A stretch of 64,000 bases of DNA, taken from the NCBI GenBank assembly GCA_001818495.1, contig MHKS01000004.1, positions 84,657 to 148,656 of the forward strand. The letters run 5' to 3'. The notes under the pieces are model-generated. The model made no database searches. It saw only the letters and a program-made list of their open reading frames with translations, and was not told the origin of the DNA. Origin of the DNA: Candidatus Komeilibacteria bacterium RIFOXYD1_FULL_37_29 (GTDB lineage Bacteria; Patescibacteriota; Patescibacteriia; UBA1558; GWA2-36-10). Both the position numbers and the translations under genes were made by a program. Shown piece by piece: positions 39,273 to 50,603 of the stretch (its first letter is position 1; every line of letters begins with the position of its first letter).

Positions 39273-39367
39273 TTTTATTAGTGGAAAAATTGTTGTTGAA
39301 AAATTAAAAAAATGGTATAATGAAAATGTTCTTTATTTTTTAATAATACATTAAATAATTAATAAGG

Positions 39368-39454
39368 CTTTGGCATATTCTACTGTGGCTATTAAAACCT
39401 CAGGGATCTCAGGCTTTAATTAGCCGATAGAATTGCTAAAGTGAGAGGAGGTGA
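39368..39454 (+). promoter_or_regulatory. structured 5' leader plus strong SD of the major pilin
   Basis: Long imperfect hairpin CTTTGGCA...TGCTAAAG, then AGGAGGTGA; TGGTATAAT at ~39313. Confidence 0.6.
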
Positions 39455-39463
39455 AAAGAAAAA

Positions 39464-39925
39464 ATGAAAAATAAAAAAGGTTTTACTTTAGTTGAGCTAT
39501 TGGTAGTTATTGCCATCATTGGTATATTGTCTACAGTAGCTATAGTAAACTTAAATTCCGCTCGTGATAAAGCTAGAGCAGCCAGTGTGCAGTCTGCCAT
39601 GAGTCAATTAACTAGTGCCGCCATACTTTGTCATGATGACCTTCAAAATTTAACTGAAAATGGTGCTCTCGTAGCGCCGGTAGTTTGTACTGGTGCCGCT
39701 GGTGATCAGCCAGTAGAGAATACTACAGTTTGTGAGCAGGATTATACTGACGCAACTTGGCCAGACCTTCCAGTTGGTTGGATTTATGAGGACAATTGTG
39801 CTTCTGATTATACAGCTAGCACTTGGTCCTTTACTGCTTGTGAAGGTACCCTTGTAACTTGTACGGCTGGTGGTAGAACAGTTACCTGTTCTAATACCGG
39901 ATGTACATCTGGAATTACTCCTTAA
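39464..39925 (+). CDS. pilA: type IV major pilin candidate
   Basis: MKNKKG|FTLVELLVVIAIIGILS; 8 Cys; own promoter, SD and terminator. Confidence 0.85.
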   Translation: MKNKKGFTLVELLVVIAIIGILSTVAIVNLNSARDKARAASVQSAMSQLTSAAILCHDDLQNLTENGALVAPVVCTGAAGDQPVENTTVCEQDYTDATWPDLPVGWIYEDNCASDYTASTWSFTACEGTLVTCTAGGRTVTCSNTGCTSGITP

Positions 39926-39941
39926 TGCTTAACTCAATTTT

Positions 39942-39979
39942 AATTTAAAAAGCCCTCTGGTAGGGGGTTTTTTAAATTT
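39942..39979 (+). terminator. terminator after pilA
   Basis: AAAAAGCCCTCT-GGT-AGGGGGTTTTT. Confidence 0.7.
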
Positions 39980-40008
39980 GTGTTATAATTTAATTAGCTT
40001 AAAAATCA

Positions 40009-40446
40009 ATGTTTAATTATTCTATCAAAATAAAGATATTTTTAATTGGTCTACTCATCATATCCATAGTAGTTTTGATTTTTTTGATTAGTATAAATAA
40101 AAGTCGGGGACGCGACCTTTATCGAGTTTCTCAGGCCAAAGTTTTGGCCACCAGCTTGGAGCGCTATTTTGACAAAAATTATGCTTATCCAGAGCTGGTC
40201 CAAACCAATATCACAGCTATTAAGATAGTGACAGAAAAAGGAGTCAATCAAGTCGGCGACTATCTCTATTTTCAAGGTCCGGCCAAGCTGTTAGAGGAAG
40301 GCACTTTAGTCAGCTCTCCTAGTCGTTATGTTATTGAGTTTACTCTAGAAAATTCTTGGGATTTATGGGGTATTAGCAGCAGTGCTGGAGGGACTTGTCG
40401 TATTTCCAACTATTTACAAATGGTTTGTCGTTCCCAGGATTCCTAA
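40009..40446 (+). CDS. pilin-like protein lacking a canonical G|FTLxE site
   Basis: Hydrophobic helix then KSRGRDLYRVSQ..LATSLERYF...YP typical of CPR pilins. Confidence 0.6.
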   Translation: MFNYSIKIKIFLIGLLIISIVVLIFLISINKSRGRDLYRVSQAKVLATSLERYFDKNYAYPELVQTNITAIKIVTEKGVNQVGDYLYFQGPAKLLEEGTLVSSPSRYVIEFTLENSWDLWGISSSAGGTCRISNYLQMVCRSQDS

Positions 40447-40486
40447 ATAGCCAAATTATCTTAAAATATGCTATAATAAAGCTACT

Positions 40487-41266
40487 ATGACAGTAGCTTT
40501 TGTCTTTATTTTGGGACTTTTTATTGGTAGCTTCTTAAATGTAGTGATTTTACGGTTGCGACGACAAGAATCTTTTATCAAAGGGTCATCTAAATGCCTT
40601 TTTTGTCAGCATCGCTTATATCCCAAAGATCTCATACCATTATTTAGCTATTTGTTTTTAAAAGGGCGGTGTCGTTATTGTCAAAAAAGATTTTCCCATC
40701 AATATCCGTTAGTAGAATTTTTTACTGGTTTCTCTTTTGTTTTAATTTTTCAAAAAATAGTACCGAGTGCTGATTGGAATTTGATTTCTTCTTTACAGGT
40801 TTTACATTTATTGGATTGGTGGGTTATTGTTTCTTTTTTGGTTATTATTTTTGTTTACGACTTCAAATATTATTTGATATTGGATAGAGTGGTTTGGCCG
40901 ATTATTATTTTGTCATTTTTGGTCAATTTGTTTTTAGGTTTTTCTATCTTTAATCTGGTTTTTGCCGCAGTGATTGGCGGAGGATTTTTTTTCCTGCAAT
41001 TTATAGTCTCAAAGGGTCGTTGGATTGGTGGTGGGGACATACGTTTGGGACTACTAATGGGGGTTATTTTGGGCTGGCCACATGTTTTGACCGCTTTATT
41101 TATTTCCTATGTTTTGGGTAGTGCGGTTGGTGTGTCTTTATTGTGGAGCAAACGTAAGGATTGGGGCGACAAAATACCCTTTGGCACATTTTTGACCATT
41201 GGCACTTTTATGACTATGCTCTGGGGGCCTGCTTTGGTTAAGTGGTATTTGTCTTTATTTTATTAA
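40487..41266 (+). CDS. pilD: prepilin peptidase
   Basis: GSFLNVVILR, CxxC pairs, YD, GGGDIRL, IPFGTFL. Confidence 0.95.
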   Translation: MTVAFVFILGLFIGSFLNVVILRLRRQESFIKGSSKCLFCQHRLYPKDLIPLFSYLFLKGRCRYCQKRFSHQYPLVEFFTGFSFVLIFQKIVPSADWNLISSLQVLHLLDWWVIVSFLVIIFVYDFKYYLILDRVVWPIIILSFLVNLFLGFSIFNLVFAAVIGGGFFFLQFIVSKGRWIGGGDIRLGLLMGVILGWPHVLTALFISYVLGSAVGVSLLWSKRKDWGDKIPFGTFLTIGTFMTMLWGPALVKWYLSLFY

Positions 41267-41297
41267 ATATATTATTAATTATTATTAATCTAAACAT

Positions 41298-42509
41298 ATG
41301 TTTAAAAAGATTTTTTACAACAAGGGCGGCTTTACTTTTTTGGAGCTGATGATAGTCATTGCCGTTACGGTGATTATCACTTCGGTGTTTGTGGTGAGCA
41401 CCAGAGAAACGGTTAGAGATCAAGTAGACACTTCTACCAATCAATTGCTCTCTGATATTCGTTATGCTAGAGGGCTGGCCACCTCTCGAGTGACTTATAA
41501 TTTTGGTGGTGCCCTTGGTACTGTTTATCCGCCCGGGGGCTATGGTGTACATTTTACGGACGGAGATTATAGGTATACTGTCTTTGCCGACAATGGTTCT
41601 GGTGGTGGTTTTAGCCTGCTGGCTGGAGATAAGATTATTAAAACCGGTACCCTAAAAAATACCTCTTTGGATTTGGAAGATTATAATCAAACTGTCGCTC
41701 TTGCCAAATATTTTACTTTTCAGGCAGAAAATGAAGTAGTAACCAATTTCGTCTCTGATAGTCAGGGTAAATACAAAATGTCCGTTACGTATAACCCAGG
41801 AACGGGCGGAGAGGGCTATCGTGGTATCATTACCTTGGGCGAGCAAGCGGCTGATGGTAGTGTTTTTGTCAGTTTAGGGATTGGCTCTATTGGTTATACT
41901 CCAACTTGTAGTACTCAAAATCAGGCCTGTGACGGTTCTCAACCTTGTTGTTTTGGTCAAGGGACTTGTACCGCTAGTATTTGTACAATACCGCCAACCA
42001 ATCCACCTCAAACCAGCTGTTTTCCAGCCGGAACAACAGTACTAATGGCTGATTATTCTTATAAAAATATTGAAAGTATTCAGGTTGGTGATTATGTTGT
42101 TAGCTACGATGAAGTTTCACAAAAAGAAGTAGCCGCTAAAGTTTTAGAGCTGGCTTCTCCAGTCAGAGAGCATATGTGTGAACTTATTTTTGTTGATGCT
42201 AGTTTAAAACTAACTGATGAACACCCAGTCTATACTCAAGCTGGTTGGAAATCTATCAATCCAGAAAAAACTATTGCGGAAAATGATGAAGTAGTAGTGA
42301 CTCAACTTACTTTAGGAGATCAGATTTTCTTTAGAGAGGCTGTTTATAAGGAGTTGATCAAAATTAATTGTTGGCAGGAAGAGATCCAGACTTATAATTT
42401 GAAAGAAGTAGAAAATTATAATACCTTTTTTGCTGACGATGTTTTGGTCCACAATGCTTCAGCTCCTAGCTGCGGTGGTAGCACAGATCCAGTCGGGGGT
42501 ATTTTTTAA
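41298..42509 (+). CDS. FimT/GspH-like minor pilin fused to a cystine-knot motif and a C-terminal Hint (intein-like) domain
   Basis: GG|FTFLELMIV; C-x6-C-x5-CC-x5-C-x4-C; CFPAGT...LTDEHP...TYNL.VE..NTFFADDVLVHN. Confidence 0.9.
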   Translation: MFKKIFYNKGGFTFLELMIVIAVTVIITSVFVVSTRETVRDQVDTSTNQLLSDIRYARGLATSRVTYNFGGALGTVYPPGGYGVHFTDGDYRYTVFADNGSGGGFSLLAGDKIIKTGTLKNTSLDLEDYNQTVALAKYFTFQAENEVVTNFVSDSQGKYKMSVTYNPGTGGEGYRGIITLGEQAADGSVFVSLGIGSIGYTPTCSTQNQACDGSQPCCFGQGTCTASICTIPPTNPPQTSCFPAGTTVLMADYSYKNIESIQVGDYVVSYDEVSQKEVAAKVLELASPVREHMCELIFVDASLKLTDEHPVYTQAGWKSINPEKTIAENDEVVVTQLTLGDQIFFREAVYKELIKINCWQEEIQTYNLKEVENYNTFFADDVLVHNASAPSCGGSTDPVGGIF

Positions 42510-42528
42510 GCTTTTTTAACAATTTTTT

Positions 42529-43233
42529 GTGCTAGCTACTAAAGACAATATAAAATTTACCCCTCGCTACTTGGCTCGACCAAGTAGCGAGGGGTTTACT
42601 TTGATAGAAACTTTGATATCTATTGTTGTTTTTACCATTGGAATTTTTGCCGCTTTGGGGCTATCCGTTTCCAATTATAATGATTCGCAAAATAATTTGG
42701 ACAGGATTATTGCTACTAATTTAGCTAGAGAAGGCGTAGAATTGGTTAAAAATGTTCGAGATAGCAATTGGTTAAAAATAGAGGCCAATGATACAGCTGG
42801 TTGTGGTGGCAGTTCTTGTACCTGGAATTATGCGTTAAATGGCCTGACTGATTATGTGGTCATGAGTTATGCTTCTACTACACCAAATTTTTTACCAGCT
42901 TGCGCACTTGGTATTGTAGAGTGTATCAAAAATAATGCCAGCACTCAATTGTCTATCAATGCCACAAATTATTATGTCCACGGCAATAACAATACCACTA
43001 AATATTCTCGGGCTATAAAATTAGAAAAAATATGTTTGGAATCAGAAGGTGAAATTCCCATAAATTCTCCGAATCCGCAAAATTTTGAATACCTCAGGAG
43101 TATGAGTCAAGATTGCAATGTCAGTGTCGGCGATACGCAGATTGGCCTCAAATTGACAGCGCATGTCCAATGGGAAGATGGTAGCACCAAATATATTGAA
43201 ATAGTAGACTCAATTTATAATTGGCGAAGATGA
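42529..43233 (+). CDS. PilV-like minor pilin
   Basis: G|FTLIETLISI; ATNLAREGVELVKNVRDSNW; C-terminal YNW. Confidence 0.85.
   Translation: MLATKDNIKFTPRYLARPSSEGFTLIETLISIVVFTIGIFAALGLSVSNYNDSQNNLDRIIATNLAREGVELVKNVRDSNWLKIEANDTAGCGGSSCTWNYALNGLTDYVVMSYASTTPNFLPACALGIVECIKNNASTQLSINATNYYVHGNNNTTKYSRAIKLEKICLESEGEIPINSPNPQNFEYLRSMSQDCNVSVGDTQIGLKLTAHVQWEDGSTKYIEIVDSIYNWRR
42559..42595. repeat. perfect 16-bp inverted repeat inside the prepilin leader
   Basis: ACCCCTCGCTACTTGG-CTCGA-CCAAGTAGCGAGGGGT. Confidence 0.85.
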
Positions 43234-43889
43234 TATTTAAGCAATTGATAAAAAATAAACAGGGTTTTACTTTGGTCGAGCTTTTACTAGCCACCTTTAT
43301 TTTTACTTTGATGGTTTTTGCTGTATCGGGAGTCTATATTGCTTTTAATAAGAGCCAAATTCGAACCAATTCTAGTCAGCAATTATTAAATGATAGTCAA
43401 TACGCTTTAGAAGTTATTGCCAAAGAGATTAGAAACAACACTATTATAGATTATTCACCAACTACTGTTGACTGTGGTGCTTTAATTAAGACTGGCACTG
43501 GTACTGATAATTTTGATCAGTGTATTATTTTGGAAAGATCCAATGGCCAAACGGTAGCTTTTGCTCGACATAGCTTTATAGCTACTCCGGGCAGTTTAAG
43601 GTTATATTATCTTTTATTAGATTGTGATCAATTTTATTCATCTTGTACCAACATTAACATTAATTCATCAGCCGCTACAGCTATTTTGTCCCCGGAGGTT
43701 AACAATATAAATTTATCAGCTTTAAATTTTAATATTTTACCCAGCACCAATCCTTATATCACTGGTGGACCAAATCAGCAACCCCGAGTGACTATTAATA
43801 TGAACACAGCCTATATCAGCGCTGATCCGGTAAAAAATGTAGATCATACTTTTCAAACCACTGTGTCTTCACGAGTGTATAAGCGTTAG
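43230..43889 (+). CDS. PilW-like minor pilin
   Basis: QG|FTLVELLL; LEVIAKEIR; QTTVSSR; ATGA overlap with previous stop. Confidence 0.85.
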   Translation: MIFKQLIKNKQGFTLVELLLATFIFTLMVFAVSGVYIAFNKSQIRTNSSQQLLNDSQYALEVIAKEIRNNTIIDYSPTTVDCGALIKTGTGTDNFDQCIILERSNGQTVAFARHSFIATPGSLRLYYLLLDCDQFYSSCTNININSSAATAILSPEVNNINLSALNFNILPSTNPYITGGPNQQPRVTINMNTAYISADPVKNVDHTFQTTVSSRVYKR

Positions 43890-43914
43890 GATTTGACGAT
43901 TACCAAGGAATCAT

Positions 43915-46816
<2,902 letters not shown>

Positions 46817-46863
46817 TATAAATTGTTGCGTAATATTCCGATATTAGTTAAAATTAGTTTAAT

Positions 46864-47151
46864 ATGAAGTTTGATAAAAAAGAGGTACTACATTTGGCCA
46901 AATTAGCCAAATTGAATATCAAAGATGAAGAAGTGGAATCTTACAATCATGAGTTGCAAGCTATTTTAAATTATATAGAAAATATCAATAGTTTAAATTT
47001 GGATCAAGTTACAGAAAGTCTTCGTGGTATTGAAGGAGAGGGCGTTGGTCCTAGACCAGATAGCATTTCTCCATCTACTCCGCAGATTATTGGAGACGCT
47101 GGCCAAAAGGATGGTCAATATGTGGCCACACCGCAGGTTTTTAATAAATAA
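46864..47151 (+). CDS. gatC: Asp/Glu-tRNA amidotransferase subunit C
   Basis: EVLHLAKLAKL; adjacent to gatA. Confidence 0.9.
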   Translation: MKFDKKEVLHLAKLAKLNIKDEEVESYNHELQAILNYIENINSLNLDQVTESLRGIEGEGVGPRPDSISPSTPQIIGDAGQKDGQYVATPQVFNK

Positions 47152-47170
47152 TTTTTTAAATTCAGACTAG

Positions 47171-48601
47171 ATGTCGAAGATTGATTTGGAAAAATTAAAT
47201 ATTGAGGAAATTCATCAGGCTCTTAGTAAAAAGATTTTTAGTAGTGAAGAGTTGACCAAAAAATACTTAGCGCGCATTAAGCAGGATGATACCAATGCTT
47301 TTATCAGTCTCAATGAAAATGCTCTAGACGAGGCTAAGGCCGCTGACCAGAAAATAAAATCCGGTCAGGCCGGCGTGTTGGTCGGAGTGCCACTAGCGGT
47401 CAAAGATGTTATTTTAGTGGCCGGTCAAAAAGCGACCGCCGCTTCGAAAATTTTGGAAAATTATACAGCCAGTTATACGGCTACGGCTGTGGCCAGACTA
47501 AAAGCAGCTGGTATGGTAATTTTGGGAAAGACCAATTGTGATGAATTTGCTATGGGCTCTTCCAATGAAAATTCTTATTTTGGTCCAGTTTTAAATCCTC
47601 ACGATAAAAGCCGTGTGCCGGGCGGTTCTTCTGGTGGCTCAGCCGTAGCCGTAGCCGCCAATTTGGCCCCAGTTTCTTTGGGCACTGATACCGGTGGATC
47701 AATTAGACAACCAGCAGCATTTTGTGGGGTAGTGGGCTTAAAACCTAGTTATGGTAGAGTTTCTAGATATGGGGCTATAGCCATGGCCTCTTCCTTAGAT
47801 CAAATCGGACCCTTGGCTAAAACGGTTAAGGACACAGCTTATCTTTTGCATCAGATGGCTGGTTTTGACAAGTATGATGCCACTAGTTCCACTGAGCCGG
47901 TTGCCGATTATCTTAAAGATATAGATAAAGATGTTAAAAAAATACGTTTGGGTATTCCGGAAGAATATTTTTTAAGTGGTATTGATCCAGCAGTTAGGCA
48001 AGCTGTTGAAGGTAAAATAAATTTTTTGGAAAAAGCTGGCTTTAAAATAAAAGCAGTTAAACTTCCGTATACAGAGTATGGGTTGGCTGCTTACTATCTT
48101 TTGATGCCAGCAGAAGTTAGCTCCAATTTGGCTCGTTACGATGGTATTTTATATGGGATGTCTCCAGACAAAAATTTGAGTCTGGATGATTGGTATAAAA
48201 GTGTTCGTAGTCAGGGATTTGGTAGTGAAACAAAACGTCGTATTATATTGGGTACATATATTTTATCCGCCGGCTACTTCGATGCTTATTATAAAAAAGC
48301 TCAGAAATTGCGCAGCTTGATTAAAAATGATTTTGCTAATGTTTTTAAACAAGTTGATGCTTTGTTGACGCCGGTGACGCCGACTACTGCTTTTAAAATC
48401 GGGGAAAAATCCAAAGATCCATTGTCTATGTATTTGTCTGATATATTTACGGTTGGCGCCAACATTGCGGGAATTTGTGGTTTGTCTTTGCCGATTGGTC
48501 AGGATAAAAATAATTTGCCGATTGGTTTACAAATATTAGCCAAGCCGTTTGCCGAGGATATTTTATTTAAATTGGGTTATTATATAGAAAATAATTACTA
48601 A
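47171..48601 (+). CDS. gatA: Asp/Glu-tRNA amidotransferase subunit A
   Basis: GKTNCDEFAMGSS, PGGSSGGSA, GTDTGGSIRQPA. Confidence 0.97.
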   Translation: MSKIDLEKLNIEEIHQALSKKIFSSEELTKKYLARIKQDDTNAFISLNENALDEAKAADQKIKSGQAGVLVGVPLAVKDVILVAGQKATAASKILENYTASYTATAVARLKAAGMVILGKTNCDEFAMGSSNENSYFGPVLNPHDKSRVPGGSSGGSAVAVAANLAPVSLGTDTGGSIRQPAAFCGVVGLKPSYGRVSRYGAIAMASSLDQIGPLAKTVKDTAYLLHQMAGFDKYDATSSTEPVADYLKDIDKDVKKIRLGIPEEYFLSGIDPAVRQAVEGKINFLEKAGFKIKAVKLPYTEYGLAAYYLLMPAEVSSNLARYDGILYGMSPDKNLSLDDWYKSVRSQGFGSETKRRIILGTYILSAGYFDAYYKKAQKLRSLIKNDFANVFKQVDALLTPVTPTTAFKIGEKSKDPLSMYLSDIFTVGANIAGICGLSLPIGQDKNNLPIGLQILAKPFAEDILFKLGYYIENNY

Positions 48602-48620
48602 GTTATTTATAAGTAAATAT

Positions 48621-49391
48621 ATGGGTGTAGACAATAAAATAAAAGAGAGAGTGTCGGATGCTGTAGTTAGAAGTTATTATAAACCTTGGTATAAGAGAGT
48701 TTCCGGTCGGATATTTTTGGCTATCATGGCGGTAGTTGTTATTTCATCTTTGTATTTTGGAATAAAGGTAGCAATTGGTTACTTCCATGTACAAAAAGGA
48801 GAAAGTTACTATGAGGAGCTTAATATGTGGTTGACTCTGCCTCAGCAGGAAGCCAATCAAAAATTAGCGGCTGATATTATGACCGATGATGACCCGTGGT
48901 TGGGGGCTGAGAATCCGATTATTAGTATTGTGGCTTTTGAATCTTTTTCTTGTCCGTTTTGTCAGGCCGATCAAGCCAATATTAAACGGGTAATAGAAAA
49001 GTTTGGTTCTTTAGTTCGTTTTACCAGTAAAGATTTTACCACCGAAAACATTCATCCCGGAGTCTTTGAGGCCCACTTAGCTGCTTCTTGTGCTAATGAA
49101 CAAGAGGTTTATTGGGATTATCGGGATATTTTATATGATAATCAAGAATCTTTTGATAAAAAGAGTTTAAAGCTTTTTGCCAAAAATTTGGGTATTAACA
49201 TTTTCCAATTTGATAAGTGTTTGGATGAGGAAAAATATGGCAATGAAATCAGACAAGATAAAGCCGAGGGTGTAGATCTAGAAGTAGAAGGGACGCCTAC
49301 TTATATAGTCAATGGCAATATTATACCTGGTGGCATATCTTATGAAATGTGGGAAGAGATCATCGGTTATATTTTAAAAGGAGAATTATAA
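48621..49391 (+). CDS. dsbA: membrane-anchored DsbA-family thiol oxidoreductase
   Basis: TM; CPFC; GTPT cis-Pro loop. Confidence 0.85.
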   Translation: MGVDNKIKERVSDAVVRSYYKPWYKRVSGRIFLAIMAVVVISSLYFGIKVAIGYFHVQKGESYYEELNMWLTLPQQEANQKLAADIMTDDDPWLGAENPIISIVAFESFSCPFCQADQANIKRVIEKFGSLVRFTSKDFTTENIHPGVFEAHLAASCANEQEVYWDYRDILYDNQESFDKKSLKLFAKNLGINIFQFDKCLDEEKYGNEIRQDKAEGVDLEVEGTPTYIVNGNIIPGGISYEMWEEIIGYILKGEL

Positions 49392-49394
49392 TTT

Positions 49395-50207
49395 ATGTTT
49401 TGGCAGGAGTATTTGCCACAACCCATACTTTTTTCTTTCGGCCCGCTGATTATACATTGGTATGGGCTGATTTTGGTATTAGCGATTTTGGTGTCAGCTG
49501 GTTTGGCTAGGAGATATTTTTTAAAGAAGGGGATTATTAGTAGTAGCCAATTTGAAGATTTGGTTTTTTATGTCATCATTTTTGGTTTGCTCGGAGCGAG
49601 ATTTGGCCATGTGGTATTTTTTAACTTAGCCTATTATTTACAAAATCCGCTAGATGTTTTCAAAGTTTGGCAGGGAGGCCTGGCTATCCAAGGAGCTTTA
49701 CTTTTCGGATTTTTGACATTACTTATTTGGTCTTATAAAAAAAAGATAAATTTTTGGAAACTGGCTGATGGATTAGCTCTAGCAGTGCCATTGGGTCAGG
49801 CGATTGGTCGTTGGGGTAATTATTTCAATCAGGAACTATTTGGTCGTCCGACTAGTGGCTGGTGGGGGATACCCATTGCTCCTTTCAATAGAGTAGCTGG
49901 CTACGGGGCCTTTTCTCATTTTCACCCGATATTTTTTTATGAATCTTTTCTTAGTTTTATTTTATTTATTATTTTGTATAGGCTAGCCTTTAAGTCTAGT
50001 CTTAAGTTGGGGCAAATAACTTTATTTTATTTTTTGGGTTATGGCTTGATTAGATTTTTTGTAGAATTTTTTCGCATTGATGATACTTTTATGCTTGGTG
50101 GTGTGCGGATAGCTCAGATTATTGCTTGGCTACTTATTCTTGCTGTCTATTATGTTTATAAATTCCACAAAAATTATAAAATTATTAGTACTGATAAAAC
50201 CCCCTAA
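49395..50207 (+). CDS. lgt: prolipoprotein diacylglyceryl transferase
   Basis: IHWYG, WQGGLAIQG, QAIGRWGNYFNQELFG, RFFVEFFR. Confidence 0.93.
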   Translation: MFWQEYLPQPILFSFGPLIIHWYGLILVLAILVSAGLARRYFLKKGIISSSQFEDLVFYVIIFGLLGARFGHVVFFNLAYYLQNPLDVFKVWQGGLAIQGALLFGFLTLLIWSYKKKINFWKLADGLALAVPLGQAIGRWGNYFNQELFGRPTSGWWGIPIAPFNRVAGYGAFSHFHPIFFYESFLSFILFIILYRLAFKSSLKLGQITLFYFLGYGLIRFFVEFFRIDDTFMLGGVRIAQIIAWLLILAVYYVYKFHKNYKIISTDKTP

Positions 50208-50211
50208 AGGC

Positions 50212-50240
50212 TTGCTAAAATATTGAAAATAGGGTATTAT
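50212..50240 (+). promoter_or_regulatory. sigma70 promoter upstream of the tRNA-Asp fragment/tRNA-Asp
   Basis: TTGCTA-17 bp-TATTAT. Confidence 0.55.
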
Positions 50241-50251
50241 ACTTTTGTTTT

Positions 50252-50327
50252 ATAAATTACGGGGTCGTAGTTCAGCTGGTTACCTGCCCGCCTTCGCGAG
50301 CATCGCTCGGGATCAGGCGGGGAACGT
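50252..50327 (+). pseudogene. partial duplicate of tRNA-Asp (with leader) interrupted by a hairpin insert
   Basis: 50252-50282 identical to 50364-50394; 39-nt insert 50283-50321; tRNA sequence GAACGT resumes 50322-50327. Confidence 0.8.
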
Positions 50328-50372
50328 ATTATAAAACAGGTTTTGGTAGAAAGTATATTAAAAATAAATTAC

Positions 50373-50449
50373 GGGGTCGTAGTTCAGCTGGTTAGAACGT
50401 CTGCCTGTCACGCAGAAGGTCGAGGGTTCGAGTCCCTTCGATCCCGCCA
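50373..50449 (+). tRNA. tRNA-Asp(GTC)
   Basis: GGGGTCG/CGATCCC acceptor, TCTGC-CTGTCAC-GCAGA, GGTTCGAGTCC, CCA. Confidence 0.97.
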
Positions 50450-50603
50450 CTCTTTTAGCCTATTTGTAAAGGGCTATTTTTTGTTGTCTGATTAATTCTT
50501 GATTTATTTAAGTCAATAATGTAAGGTATTGTTGATAAATACTGTATATAGATTTCTTGTACTTTGAAAATAACGTGAAATGAAAATATAGGAGAAAATT
50601 CAC

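Noticed and set aside
42018-42455. Canonical mobile intein
   Set aside because: No homing endonuclease, +1 residue is Ala, and it sits near the C-terminus of an exported protein; fits a bacterial intein-like Hint domain
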